Assembly (NCBI GenBank): GCA_964230645.1
Contig: CAXRHT010000001.1
Location: forward strand, 416,001 to 480,000
Length of the DNA stretch: 64,000 bases
From: Bdellovibrionales bacterium
Lineage (GTDB): Bacteria > Bdellovibrionota > Bdellovibrionia > Bdellovibrionales > JAGQZY01
Reading direction: 5' to 3'
Below the pieces are notes generated by a model, which ran no database searches, had not been told where the DNA came from, and was given only the letters and a program-made list of their open reading frames with translations. Numbering within the stretch: position 1 is the stretch's first letter; every line of letters begins with the position of its first letter. Shown here in pieces: positions 9,528 to 19,052 of this stretch. A program made the translations under genes and the position numbers.

Positions 9528-9588
9528 AGTCCAGTTCAGAACCTAGGTCGAGCCCTTGACACTTCTTTAACCAAAGTCTGTCTCATTC

Positions 9589-10752
9589 TCAAACTTTAAG
9601 GACTTCAGTAAGATAATTTATATTCTCTTTGTTGAGCTCTCCTTGGAGAAAAAGGATTTTCAAATAATTAGCGTGGATATTGAGTAGAGTCTCTATTTTT
9701 TTAAAACGCAACTTAATGTATTTCACTTCGTCATCAATACTTGTTTCAAGGTTTGAAAGAGAGCTCGAAAACCTTTGCGCATTCTTACTTTTCATAGGGA
9801 TCATTTTGTAGATTTCAAATTTTTCGATAAGCCCTAGGGTTTCAGCTTTCACCTGTGTCATCTCATCTTGTTTCTGCCATTTTTCCTGACGTATTTGAAT
9901 TTGATCTTGTAGATAATCGGTTTCTGCTTGTTTAAGTTCGGTGCTATCGGAGAGAAAAGGAACCCTTAAGGACAATTGCAGCTTATGATCTTCCAAACGG
10001 CGGATATCTCTTTCTCGACTCATTTGTACAAACTTGATAACCTGCCAAGATTCAGACTTTTTCTTTTTGAATTCCATCTCAGCCAATTCTTTTTTTTCGT
10101 TCTCAATTTTAAAATCAATTTCTTTGGCAGCTTTTAAAGATTGCTTGAGTCTCTCAGGATCTGCCAATTTTAAATCTTTTAAGCTTTCAAGAATTTCCCT
10201 GACCTTGTCATCTTTTTTAATATTATCAAAAACGCTTTTATATTGAGTTTCCATCTCAGCAAAGAAACCAAGATTTTCAATAAATCCATTAAGATCCACT
10301 TCACTATTTTGGGAAATGGCAGAGATTCTCTTTCGAGCTTTTTCAAAAAGCTTTTGATTTTGCTTTAAAACTTCATGATTTTTTAAAACACCCCACAGAA
10401 TTAAAAGCTTATTGTAGGCATTCAAACGATTTAAATTTTCCTGGTTACCTTGGGTCAACTTTAAGATTTTATTGTGTTTCTCAGTCAGTCGTACTTCGTT
10501 GGCTAGACCGAAAATTGGCTTTAAACCAAACCGGACCGATTGGTCACTGAAGACACCATCCTCATCGGTCTCAATTCTCACCTCTGTTTCATCAAGAAAT
10601 GATAAACCTGGATTCCATGCCGATTTGGGAGATACTCTTTTGTTTTTTATCTCGGATTCCACCCACTGAACTATTGGGTCCTCTTTTGCCTCGCAAGTTA
10701 AGGCGGACTGCAGGAAGACTAAGAATAGAATCAAGGCAGAAAGACTTCTCAC
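9589..10752 (-). CDS. TolC-like outer membrane efflux protein (divergent)
   Basis: Signal peptide, then two repeats of short beta-hairpin-like segments followed by long coiled coils. Overlaps the stop of the HlyD gene. Confidence 0.55.
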   Translation of the reverse strand: MRSLSALILFLVFLQSALTCEAKEDPIVQWVESEIKNKRVSPKSAWNPGLSFLDETEVRIETDEDGVFSDQSVRFGLKPIFGLANEVRLTEKHNKILKLTQGNQENLNRLNAYNKLLILWGVLKNHEVLKQNQKLFEKARKRISAISQNSEVDLNGFIENLGFFAEMETQYKSVFDNIKKDDKVREILESLKDLKLADPERLKQSLKAAKEIDFKIENEKKELAEMEFKKKKSESWQVIKFVQMSRERDIRRLEDHKLQLSLRVPFLSDSTELKQAETDYLQDQIQIRQEKWQKQDEMTQVKAETLGLIEKFEIYKMIPMKSKNAQRFSSSLSNLETSIDDEVKYIKLRFKKIETLLNIHANYLKILFLQGELNKENINYLTEVLKV

Positions 10753-11618
10753 TGATTGCCCTCAAAGGAAACCATAACCTTTTCTCCCAGATAGAAATCA
10801 TTGCCTTTTGGGAGAGAAACTTTAATTTCTCGGCCGTATATTCTCATACTCGGATCTTTTTGAAATCTTTCTGGAAGCTCAGTCAGCATCGAACCGATGG
10901 AAACGATTTCTCCTTTCACCTGATAGTCTCTAGAGATCGATTTAATGTTTGAAGCTCGGTTCTGTGTTAATGATGCGAAACTAAAGGATTCAGGGATATA
11001 GGAACGCACGAGAGTCGGTTTTAAATGAAAGATCTCTAGAAGCGGCTGAAAAGGCGGAATGGTTTCTGAGGCACTCACCTGTAATTCGCCCGCAAGGCCA
11101 TCAATCGGTGAAACCACTTCCAGACTTTTTTCCTCGGAAGCCAAGGCTTTTTTATTTTCCACAAAAGTAAGAAATCGCATCTCTAGAGGACTTAGACTTT
11201 GGTTCTTTTTTCTCTTTTCTAAGAATACGACCCACTTGTCTTTATCCCACCTTCGGCCGGAGTGGATATTGAGCTCCATCAGTGCCGTTTGCAGTTCTGT
11301 CTCATTGGCATATTGGCGAGAGGCCAAATCCTCGCGCTTCAAACGAAAAAGAGGATCTCCTTTGGAGACCAGTTGTCCTGACTCGACCAATATTTCATCG
11401 ACCACCACAGAGTCTTTAAAATTGATGGTAAAACCTCTGGCCTCGGTCACTCCTGGAATTCGATTTCCTTGGCTCAAATCATAATGAAGTATCAGATAAA
11501 TCAAACCGGAGGCCAAAACTAGTCCCACTAGCAGGAAATAGTTGGCGACAATAAAATCCCAGAAAGGATTGTTGCGACTTGTTTTGAAATTGATTTTTTT
11601 GTTACTTTCCTCGTTCAC
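10749..11618 (-). CDS. HlyD-family membrane fusion (periplasmic adaptor) protein
   Basis: One N-terminal TM, lipoyl half-motifs VDEILVESGQLVSKGDPLF and VVSPIDG, hairpin helix, C-terminal barrel ending GEKVMV. Confidence 0.85.
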   Translation of the reverse strand: MNEESNKKINFKTSRNNPFWDFIVANYFLLVGLVLASGLIYLILHYDLSQGNRIPGVTEARGFTINFKDSVVVDEILVESGQLVSKGDPLFRLKREDLASRQYANETELQTALMELNIHSGRRWDKDKWVVFLEKRKKNQSLSPLEMRFLTFVENKKALASEEKSLEVVSPIDGLAGELQVSASETIPPFQPLLEIFHLKPTLVRSYIPESFSFASLTQNRASNIKSISRDYQVKGEIVSIGSMLTELPERFQKDPSMRIYGREIKVSLPKGNDFYLGEKVMVSFEGNQ

Positions 11619-11628
11619 TTGCCAACCC

Positions 11629-12309
11629 TTAAATATCCGTACTACTTTGCTGCACCATCAACTGCAGTCCCTCTAAATTTTCAATGGCTTGAAGTTCCTG
11701 GATCAATTGTGCCTGCTGCTTTTGATTTTTAAGTTTTACCTGATAGGAGTAATCCACTCTCTGCCCCTGGGCGAGATCCCTCAACGTTACTAGAGCGAAT
11801 TTTCGGCAGTTTTTTGAGAGAATCCCCGCAACACTCTCTTGGTTGTTACCTTTAGAAGGAATATTGAACCTTAACAATCCATCAAACTGTGTGCTTTGAG
11901 AAAGAGGCGTTTTTGATAGGATAAAGATCACAGCGCAAAAACAAAGAACGCCTGAGATGGTTATTGAGTAGGCGAAAACTCCACAAGAAATACCAAGAGC
12001 CAAACTGGCAAAAAGGAAAAACATGTCTTTAGGGTCTTTTAAATTTGAGCGGAAACGAAGAATGGAAAAGGCTCCCATCATACCGATACCACGAGCCAGA
12101 CTTCCATCAATGGCCATCATTGCGATCGCCGAAACGATCGGACTTAGAACCAAGGACTGAATAAAGTTTTTTGAATAACTCAAACCCTCGTAGGTAAACA
12201 CGTAGGTTAAAGCCAGAAGACTTCCAACAATGAATGCAAAACAGACACCCTGTAGAGACGTCCAGAAGCTTGTGTTCATCGTCGCATAATTGAATGCATC
12301 AATACCCAT
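11629..12309 (-). CDS. DUF4956 family membrane protein
   Basis: Several TM helices, SLARGIGMMGAFSILRFRSNLKDPKDMFFLF signature, and an ACT-like C-terminal domain. Confidence 0.9.
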   Translation of the reverse strand: MGIDAFNYATMNTSFWTSLQGVCFAFIVGSLLALTYVFTYEGLSYSKNFIQSLVLSPIVSAIAMMAIDGSLARGIGMMGAFSILRFRSNLKDPKDMFFLFASLALGISCGVFAYSITISGVLCFCAVIFILSKTPLSQSTQFDGLLRFNIPSKGNNQESVAGILSKNCRKFALVTLRDLAQGQRVDYSYQVKLKNQKQQAQLIQELQAIENLEGLQLMVQQSSTDI

Positions 12310-12531
12310 ATTATTTTTCCATTACCCTTTGTCAGGACAATATAACACTGTGCAGATGAAAAATTGATAAACTATGTTTGGGCCTTTCTTTTTTTCTCGA
12401 CTGTCAATTTTCTTTACAACTCAACCCCTCTTTTTTCTTTTTATTACTTTTTTCTTCTCTAACCAAAATGACGGAACTTATATTTGTAGAAATCAATTCA
12501 AAGAGAGGCGAGGGATTCGACCAAGCTCCTC

Positions 12532-12560
12532 AAGGTCCTTCGGCTTCGCCTCAGGACGAC
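12532..12560. repeat. REP-like palindromic repeat half (GTCATCCTGAGCGAAGCGAAGGATC family)
   Basis: AAGGTCCTTCGGCTTCGCCTCAGGACGAC is a near copy of 63402-63428 and complementary to the units at 50841-50929. Confidence 0.65.
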
Positions 12561-12576
12561 AATTAGTTTCATTAGC

Positions 12577-12603
12577 AAAAAAAAAGGTCCCTAAGGGACC
12601 TTT
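12577..12603 (-). terminator. Rho-independent terminator
   Basis: AAAAGGTCCC-TAA-GGGACCTTTT hairpin with a long T run on the minus strand, downstream of 12631..12966. Confidence 0.8.
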
Positions 12604-12630
12604 AGAAAACTGAAAACTTTAGATGATATT

Positions 12631-12966
12631 TTAAGCGTTACTACACTTGTCAGCGCAGTAAGCCCCACCGAAATCCTTTTTGCAAGCGTCAATACAAACA
12701 GGCATGGCGTCGGCTTTACACCCGGGGTTTTCTTTGACGAAATCATCCCAGTAGTTATCCATACAATAGGCTCCGCCGTAATCTTCCATACAAGCGTCAA
12801 CAAGCACATTTAAACCCTCAACCTTGCCATCGCAGTAGGATCCTGAAACAGAACCGTCTCCAACACACTGGTAGGTTTTTCCATCAACTGTTACTGATAT
12901 TTCTTTGGCCTGAGCTGAAAGGCCCATCGCCAGCGCAAAAAACGCTACTAAAACAATTCTAAACAT
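12631..12966 (-). CDS. Small secreted Cys-rich protein
   Basis: Signal peptide (AQA|K), 9 Cys, internal repeat DAC..D(Y/F)GGAYC.D, GGGGG-type RBS. Confidence 0.85.
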   Translation of the reverse strand: MFRIVLVAFFALAMGLSAQAKEISVTVDGKTYQCVGDGSVSGSYCDGKVEGLNVLVDACMEDYGGAYCMDNYWDDFVKENPGCKADAMPVCIDACKKDFGGAYCADKCSNA

Positions 12967-13042
12967 ATTTCCCCCTGTTTATTTCTAAAAGAGAGTTAGC
13001 TTTATTTCAAAGCTCGAACAAGGAACCCCGTTCCAGCTTCCA

Positions 13043-13837
13043 TCAGTGATTCAAGAAAAAATGATCGTAGCGTGGCTCTCGTTTTTGCTTAATGGCTCTC
13101 ATCCCCTCTTCTTTTTCCTGAGATTGGATCGCCTCAAAGAGGGCCTGTTGTTCTTTTTCATAGGTTTTAATGGAAGGTTCAGTGATATTCCCCACAAGCC
13201 TCTTGCAAAGCGAGAGAGCTTTCGGTGATTTTTTGTCGATCTCCCTAACGGTTTCTAAGGCCTGAGCCAGCATCTCATCTTTTGATTCAAAAACCCTATT
13301 GACGATGTTCAATCGCTTTGCACTTAAAGCCGAAAGGCTCTCGCCAGTATAAATGAACTCTTTTGCCCTACCAGGCCCTATCCAGTCTAACAAACGAGAG
13401 CATCCCCCAAATCCTGGGATCAAACCATAATCAACCTCTGGTAAGCGAAACTGCGCAGACTGAGTGGAATAGATAAAATCACAATTTAAAGCCAATTCGA
13501 AACCCGCTCCCCAGGTTCGTCCCGAAACACAGGCAATCACTGGAAAAGGTAGATTAAAAATTTCCTGGCTCAATTTGGAAGCTTGAGTGAAAAACTTAAC
13601 CATTTGCTGGTTTTCCATTTTGCTGACTTGTTCCCAGTCCACTCCAGAACAAAAGTCCCTCCCCATAGCTGTTAATACTAAAGCGCGGAAATCAACTTTC
13701 CCCTCTTTTATTTGTTCAAAAAGATGAGTTAGCTCCTCTAGCATTTTAGAAGACAGTGGGTTTCCTTTGATGGGCTCATTGAGTGTGACCACAAAGGCCG
13801 ATTGCTTCTTTTCTAAACTGATTAATTTGTACTTCAT
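13043..13837 (-). CDS. Enoyl-CoA hydratase/isomerase family protein
   Basis: FCSGVD, GAGFELALNCD and LPEVDYGLIPGFGG motifs. Start moved to ATG 13837 (GGGGAG RBS). Confidence 0.9.
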   Translation of the reverse strand: MKYKLISLEKKQSAFVVTLNEPIKGNPLSSKMLEELTHLFEQIKEGKVDFRALVLTAMGRDFCSGVDWEQVSKMENQQMVKFFTQASKLSQEIFNLPFPVIACVSGRTWGAGFELALNCDFIYSTQSAQFRLPEVDYGLIPGFGGCSRLLDWIGPGRAKEFIYTGESLSALSAKRLNIVNRVFESKDEMLAQALETVREIDKKSPKALSLCKRLVGNITEPSIKTYEKEQQALFEAIQSQEKEEGMRAIKQKREPRYDHFFLNH

Positions 13838-14242
13838 ATCAACTCCCCTGCTTATTAAACTTCGCTCCACGCAAGATCAGTCTTAGAGGCTGTTTTTAAC
13901 GAGCCCTCCTCTTTTTTTCAAATTCATATTTCATATGCACCTATTCTCTTTTAGAATATCAGCGTAAGTTTGAAGCCGAAAACGGGTGCCTATTTTGAGT
14001 TTAAAAAGAGGTTTTTTTTGTCAAATAATTTATATTTATTATACCCCTTAAAATAATACAGAAATGCTTATTTAAATTCCGAAAACTTTATTAATTTTCT
14101 ACACATACAATGAATAACGCCAAAAATTATTTTGCTCTCAATTAAAATAGAATAGTGTTTAATTTCGAACTGCGGGGCTCAACTTTTCTGACCAGATACT
14201 CATCATTGAGTGATTGCTAAATCATAAAGCCAGGGATTAGGA

Positions 14243-15178
14243 ATGATCGAAAGCAACCAGGAAAAACAGGGGGAATCTCAATTACCGCTGTTCAACTTCA
14301 TCAGAGATAAAAAACCCACTTCGGACAACAGTAAGATCGTGGAACTTATCCCGGACGCACTCATTGGGTGTTGCCAGAATGGTAAAATCAATTATTGGAA
14401 CAAGCAGTCTGAAACTTTGTTTGGTTGGACCAAGAAAGAAGCCTTTGGACAGAGTATTGAAAAGCTCCTGACACCTCCTGGCTTTTTGAACATTCGCCAT
14501 CAAAAAGGACAACCGGATCAATCCATGGACCTTACGGCTCTTCATAAAAACGGCTCCAAAATTCCGATTGAACTCAACTTGAAGATTCTTAATCATAGAG
14601 GCAAAGACTATTTTTTCGCCTTTGTCCGAGAGTGTTCCAAAAAAAATAGTCTGGCTCATCAATTTCGTTCCCTAAATAAGCAAAACCAAATACTAAAAAA
14701 GCTTTTATCAACCGTTTCAGACTCCTCAAACAAAGACGAGGTCATTTGTATTTTTTTGGAAGAATTGGCTCAATTTAAGCAGTGTGAACTGGCTTTCGTT
14801 TGTAAAAAGGACTTCGGCCATTTTACCCGTCTGGAATTCACCTGCAATAGAACTCAACTTATTTTTAAAGACTTCAGCGCTCAGGTGGATGTGGAGCTCA
14901 AAAAGCTGGCAAAAAAAGACTTCCCTGCCGCCAATGAAAAAAAAGAAATCGAATGGATTGAGAATGTTCAGTCCGAATGGGACTCTCCTTTTTTTATTTT
15001 CGGGCGAAATTTTGGCTTTCATGGCTGCCTCGTTCTCCCCATCCAACGCCCTAATAAAGAGTGGATTTATCTTTTCTTTCTTTCCACTCAATTCATGGAA
15101 ATCTCAGAGACAGAGCAGGAGTTTCTAAAGGAATCCATAAAGAATCTTGAGAGTACCTTAAGTATTTTAGGGAAATAA
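14243..15178 (+). CDS. PAS domain plus GAF-like domain protein with no output domain
   Basis: PAS motifs PDALI..GKINYWN..E.LFGW..EAFGQ and HKNGSKIPIE. C-terminal GFHGCLVLPI is GAF-like. Confidence 0.75.
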   Translation: MIESNQEKQGESQLPLFNFIRDKKPTSDNSKIVELIPDALIGCCQNGKINYWNKQSETLFGWTKKEAFGQSIEKLLTPPGFLNIRHQKGQPDQSMDLTALHKNGSKIPIELNLKILNHRGKDYFFAFVRECSKKNSLAHQFRSLNKQNQILKKLLSTVSDSSNKDEVICIFLEELAQFKQCELAFVCKKDFGHFTRLEFTCNRTQLIFKDFSAQVDVELKKLAKKDFPAANEKKEIEWIENVQSEWDSPFFIFGRNFGFHGCLVLPIQRPNKEWIYLFFLSTQFMEISETEQEFLKESIKNLESTLSILGK

Positions 15179-15250
15179 CCAAACCCTAACTTGCGGCTCC
15201 TTCTGACTCGGCCCATCCTTGAAGGCAAAGCCTAACAAGGAGGCCTTTTT

Positions 15251-16120
15251 TTGGACTTCACTCATTTCGCAGAAGATATAAAAAAGATCACTTACTCTGG
15301 AACCTATAATAAGCCGATTCAAAATAAAATTATAAAGTGGGTGGAAAAAGGGCTGGTACGAAACCGAATATCTCAAAGGTTTATTGATTTAGGAGAAATG
15401 ATAGAGAAAGGCGAGGAAGTAGACCGAGCCGCCCTTAAAGCTTTTGGCCTAAAAGTAAAGCTTGTCCACGGTGCGATCGAAAACATTCCCAAGACGGGCC
15501 CCGTAATGGTTGTCGGTAATCATCCCTTTGGTATTGTTGATGGAATGGTGGTTGCCAGCGTACTCAGAGGCTATCGCAGAGATATCAAAATTTTAGCCCA
15601 TCAAGGAATTTCCAACCTCCCTCAGTTTGCCGAGTTTTTCCTACCGATTAATTTCGATGCCACCCAAGAAGCTAAAATCACCAACAAACAGTCCACCACT
15701 GAATTTAAAAAGCACATGGCCGAAGGCGGCCTTGGGGTTATTTTTCCCTCAGGAGCTGTTTCCACCAGACGACCTCTTTGGAAAAAAAATATAGATCCCC
15801 CCTGGCATGCGGCCGCCGGTAAGTGGGCCCTTGAGAATAATTGCTCTGTTGTTCCTGTATTTATTGATGGAAATTGTGGGCCCCTTTTTCAGCTCGCAAG
15901 TCAAATGAGCATGACTTTACGCTTAAGTGCTCTTCTTTACGAAAATATGAAACTCATGGACTCAGAAATTCATCTTCGCATTGGAGAGGCCATTGATTTA
16001 AAAACGCTCCCACCGGACTGGGACGCAACCACCCTGGTACAACTCTTCCGAGAGAAGTGCTACAACTTGGCCGGAAGAAACTCTATGGGCGAAAAAATAA
16101 AACAGCTTAAAAATCAATAA
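15251..16120 (+). CDS. Lysophospholipid/PlsC-family acyltransferase
   Basis: NHPFGIVD (HX4D) and IFPSG motifs; TTG start. Confidence 0.85.
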   Translation: MDFTHFAEDIKKITYSGTYNKPIQNKIIKWVEKGLVRNRISQRFIDLGEMIEKGEEVDRAALKAFGLKVKLVHGAIENIPKTGPVMVVGNHPFGIVDGMVVASVLRGYRRDIKILAHQGISNLPQFAEFFLPINFDATQEAKITNKQSTTEFKKHMAEGGLGVIFPSGAVSTRRPLWKKNIDPPWHAAAGKWALENNCSVVPVFIDGNCGPLFQLASQMSMTLRLSALLYENMKLMDSEIHLRIGEAIDLKTLPPDWDATTLVQLFREKCYNLAGRNSMGEKIKQLKNQ

Positions 16121-16205
16121 ATCGAATCCAGTTTTCGAACAAAACTCTTTCGTTGGGTAAATCAATAACGCCTCTTAAAGTCCAAGATTTGCACTTTGGT
16201 GGCCC

Positions 16206-17672
16206 ATGCTTATTCAATCCTTTGTTAAAACAGATTTTGGCCTTCGCCCCATTGGAGTGGAGGTTGTCCTTGTCCCCGGTGTTTCACAGATTCAAATATT
16301 AGGTCTTGCCGATCAAGTCATCAAAGAGAGCTCTAAAAGAATACTTTCGGCTCTCAGACATCAAGGTTTTCGAATTCCTCCGGGAAAACAAGCTCTCGTG
16401 AATCTTCAGCCCCATTACCTTAGAAAATCCAGTCAGGGCTTAGACCTTCCCATTGCTTTAGGCATTTTGATGGAGTCCGACCAACTCCCAATTGACTCTT
16501 TTGATTTAAAAAACATCTATTGTTACGGCTCCCTTTCTCTAAAAGGCGAAATCAAAACACCTCCGGATTTAAACCTCCTAAACTTTGAGGACTTTGAAAA
16601 AAAGGTTTTGACGGGCCCGAGTGATGAAGCTTTTCGCTTTCCCACTCTGCAACTGAATGAACTTAAAAACTGGGAAGAAGAGATGATCTTAAAATCACCT
16701 CAAGTGAGTTCTTTTCAGTACAAGGAGCCTTCCTTTGATCCTGAAATTCGCTTTGATCAGCAAACAGCAAGGTTAATGTCTATTGTCGCACTGGGAGAGC
16801 ATCCCCTATTGATTGCCGGACACGCGGGAAGTGGAAAAACCACTATGGTGGAGTGTCTGGCCCAAATTTTAGGCCCTCCAGAGGAGAACATCTTTCGTGA
16901 ATCTCAAAAATACTGGAAACTCTCAGATAGAGAGTTGCGCTCCCGACCCATCGTGCAACCCCATCATTCCGCCACCCCTATCTCAATGGTGGGTGGTGGA
17001 CGACCCCTGAGATTTGGTGAAATCTCTCTTGCTCATGGAGGAGCCCTTATTTTGGATGAGCTTCTTGAGTTTCATCCCCAAGTTCAAAGTGCGTTACGAG
17101 AGCCCATGGAGAAATCAAAAATACAATTGGTTCGAGTGGGCTCTCGAAAGGAGTTTCCCGCCCAGTGCCTTATCCTTGCCACCACCAATCTGTGCCCCTG
17201 TGGAAATTTTCAACCCACTGCTACTTATCAATGTCGCTGCTCAAGTCTCAAGCTTAGAAACTATCTCGAAAAACTCACCGGCCCCTTTCTTGATCGCTTC
17301 GCCCTTTTCTATCTTACCCGGAAAAGCCCTGTGGATATCCAATTGAGCCTCAAGGAGATCAAAGAAAAGATCTCTAGTGCTCGAGAATTTCAAAGAAAAT
17401 CGAGGAACCAAGAGGGTATTAATCAGCGCCTCCCTCTTAAAGAGGTCATCAAAAGTTTCTCAAAAAAAGTGGATGAGAGCCTTCTCCCCCCTTCTACAAG
17501 CCTCAGGCGGAAGAATTCGCTCCTGCGTGTGGCAAGGACTCTGGCGGACCTTGAGCACTCAATAGGCATTGAGCCTCGCCATCTCGAAGAGGCTCAGTTT
17601 TGGACCGCTCATGATATGTACCAAATCCAGCGCTTTCGCCTGGAAGATTTTGCCATGCGCCAACCTCTGTAG
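16206..17672 (+). CDS. comM: ComM/YifB family Mg-chelatase-like AAA+ ATPase
   Basis: N-terminal Lon-like domain (LDLPIALGIL), Walker A GHAGSGKT, PHHS, GEISLAHGGALILDE, NLCPCG, GPFLDR, RVARTLADL. Confidence 0.9.
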   Translation: MLIQSFVKTDFGLRPIGVEVVLVPGVSQIQILGLADQVIKESSKRILSALRHQGFRIPPGKQALVNLQPHYLRKSSQGLDLPIALGILMESDQLPIDSFDLKNIYCYGSLSLKGEIKTPPDLNLLNFEDFEKKVLTGPSDEAFRFPTLQLNELKNWEEEMILKSPQVSSFQYKEPSFDPEIRFDQQTARLMSIVALGEHPLLIAGHAGSGKTTMVECLAQILGPPEENIFRESQKYWKLSDRELRSRPIVQPHHSATPISMVGGGRPLRFGEISLAHGGALILDELLEFHPQVQSALREPMEKSKIQLVRVGSRKEFPAQCLILATTNLCPCGNFQPTATYQCRCSSLKLRNYLEKLTGPFLDRFALFYLTRKSPVDIQLSLKEIKEKISSAREFQRKSRNQEGINQRLPLKEVIKSFSKKVDESLLPPSTSLRRKNSLLRVARTLADLEHSIGIEPRHLEEAQFWTAHDMYQIQRFRLEDFAMRQPL

Positions 17673-17720
17673 GCTTGCCACCCTGGCTCCCAACGCGTAG
17701 TATCTAACGCTTCAACCAGG

Positions 17721-17794
17721 GGTGGTGTGGCCGAGTGGCTAGGCAGTGGACTGCAAATCCATCTACGGGGATTCGAATTCCTCCACCACCTCCA
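17721..17794 (+). tRNA. tRNA-Cys (GCA)
   Basis: Acceptor stem GGTGGTG/CACCACC, anticodon arm GTGGA-CTGCAAA-TCCAT, T loop TTCGAAT, discriminator T followed by encoded CCA. Confidence 0.95.
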
Positions 17795-17885
17795 TTCAAA
17801 ATACCGGAATTCACGTATACCTGGTGACCGGAATACCCGGATTCAAAAAGCGCAACATTCCCTCAAGAAGCTCCAAAAAACAATG

Positions 17886-18323
17886 CTAGTTCACCGTTGC
17901 AACTGTCTTGTGGGTCGCTGGTGCTTTCTTCGCTCTAATTTCCACTTTTTCAGTGAGGATTTTTGCGAAGATTGGCCGGTAGTGATCAAAATACATAACC
18001 CCTAAAATGAGGTTTAGTAAAAAGACGAAAGCTCCCATGAATCCCGATGATATATCGAGAAAAAGATGAAAGGCCATAATGTTGATAGCCACTGGCGCGA
18101 ACAGCAATACTCCCAGCGGAGCTGTGGCGGAAAAAAGAACCAATGCTCCACACAAAATTTCTGTGAATCCAATCATTGGCAACATATAGCCTGTTTCAAC
18201 AAGGGCTCCCATGAACTGTCCAGCTTCAGCACTCAATTCAGGTGGAGGAAGAAGACCAAAAAACTTGTTGGCACCCATCAGAACTAAAAACAATCCAAAA
18301 ATAATTCTTAAACCGTTTCTCAT
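17886..18323 (-). CDS. DoxX family membrane protein
   Basis: LRIIFGLFLVLMGANKF, EILCGALVL and NIMAFH; four TM helices. Confidence 0.85.
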   Translation of the reverse strand: MRNGLRIIFGLFLVLMGANKFFGLLPPPELSAEAGQFMGALVETGYMLPMIGFTEILCGALVLFSATAPLGVLLFAPVAINIMAFHLFLDISSGFMGAFVFLLNLILGVMYFDHYRPIFAKILTEKVEIRAKKAPATHKTVATVN

Positions 18324-18466
18324 AATACTCTCCTTTATTAATCACGGATTCCTTCCCGTGCTCTCCACTATGTTAAATGAACTATTTGACTAAAGCCTTT
18401 TGCAATTATGAATTAAACTTCACACAATAAATATACGAAAGGACGAAAGTACTATTTTAGCGAAGC

Positions 18467-18502
18467 AAAAAAAAAGCTGATCCCTTTTATTGGATCAGCT
18501 TT
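18467..18502 (-). terminator. Rho-independent terminator
   Basis: AAAAGCTGATCC...GGATCAGCTTTT hairpin with T run on the minus strand. Confidence 0.75.
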
Positions 18503-18546
18503 TCGCTGAGTCATGAAAGACTCGATGATCAAACTTTTACAAAGTC

Positions 18547-18915
18547 TTATTGTGGTAATTGAAAAGAAACAGATGTTTCGCCAGCACCTCTGATGGTGAT
18601 GAAAGCACGCTCAAAGTAGCTATCTGTTAGCATCACTTCTGGAAGATCAAGCTCCAGATTCCGAGTGATATAAGCCTCGCACATGTCTGGCTTGTCGGTT
18701 GTGTGAACAAGCTCTAGACCACATTGTACGGGGAAAGACTCAAGACATCCGCCCATGAGCTTTAGTTCAAAATAATGTTCAGAACAGCCACCGCCGTAGG
18801 AAACACTGAGTTCAACCTTCTGTGTTTCACTGTTGTACTGTCCGCTGTTGATTGAAGCTGCGTTAGCCACAGATCCAACGACCATTAAAGAAAATACCAG
18901 TCCAAATAATTTCAT
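18547..18915 (-). CDS. Small secreted hypothetical protein
   Basis: Signal peptide (ANA|A), VSYGGGC..H and four Cys; AAGGAG RBS. Confidence 0.85.
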   Translation of the reverse strand: MKLFGLVFSLMVVGSVANAASINSGQYNSETQKVELSVSYGGGCSEHYFELKLMGGCLESFPVQCGLELVHTTDKPDMCEAYITRNLELDLPEVMLTDSYFERAFITIRGAGETSVSFQLPQ

Positions 18916-19052
18916 TATGTTCTCCTTACTTTAGAGCTTTCTGGTATCAGAAAAACGCAGGAGCCGGTATAGAATGTTTTACAATTGAAAAGTGAATCTT
19001 TGTCACATTCATCGCGAGATTGAAGTAATTCCACTAAACCGATTGATTTAGA

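Noticed and set aside
16206..17672. Mobile element inserted in comM
   Set aside because: The ORF is continuous and full length.
17800..17845. Short CCGGAAT repeats after tRNA-Cys as an att site
   Set aside because: They do not match the tRNA 3' end and are too short to interpret.
17727..18005. 92 aa ORF starting inside tRNA-Cys
   Set aside because: It is a translation of the tRNA and antisense to the DoxX gene.
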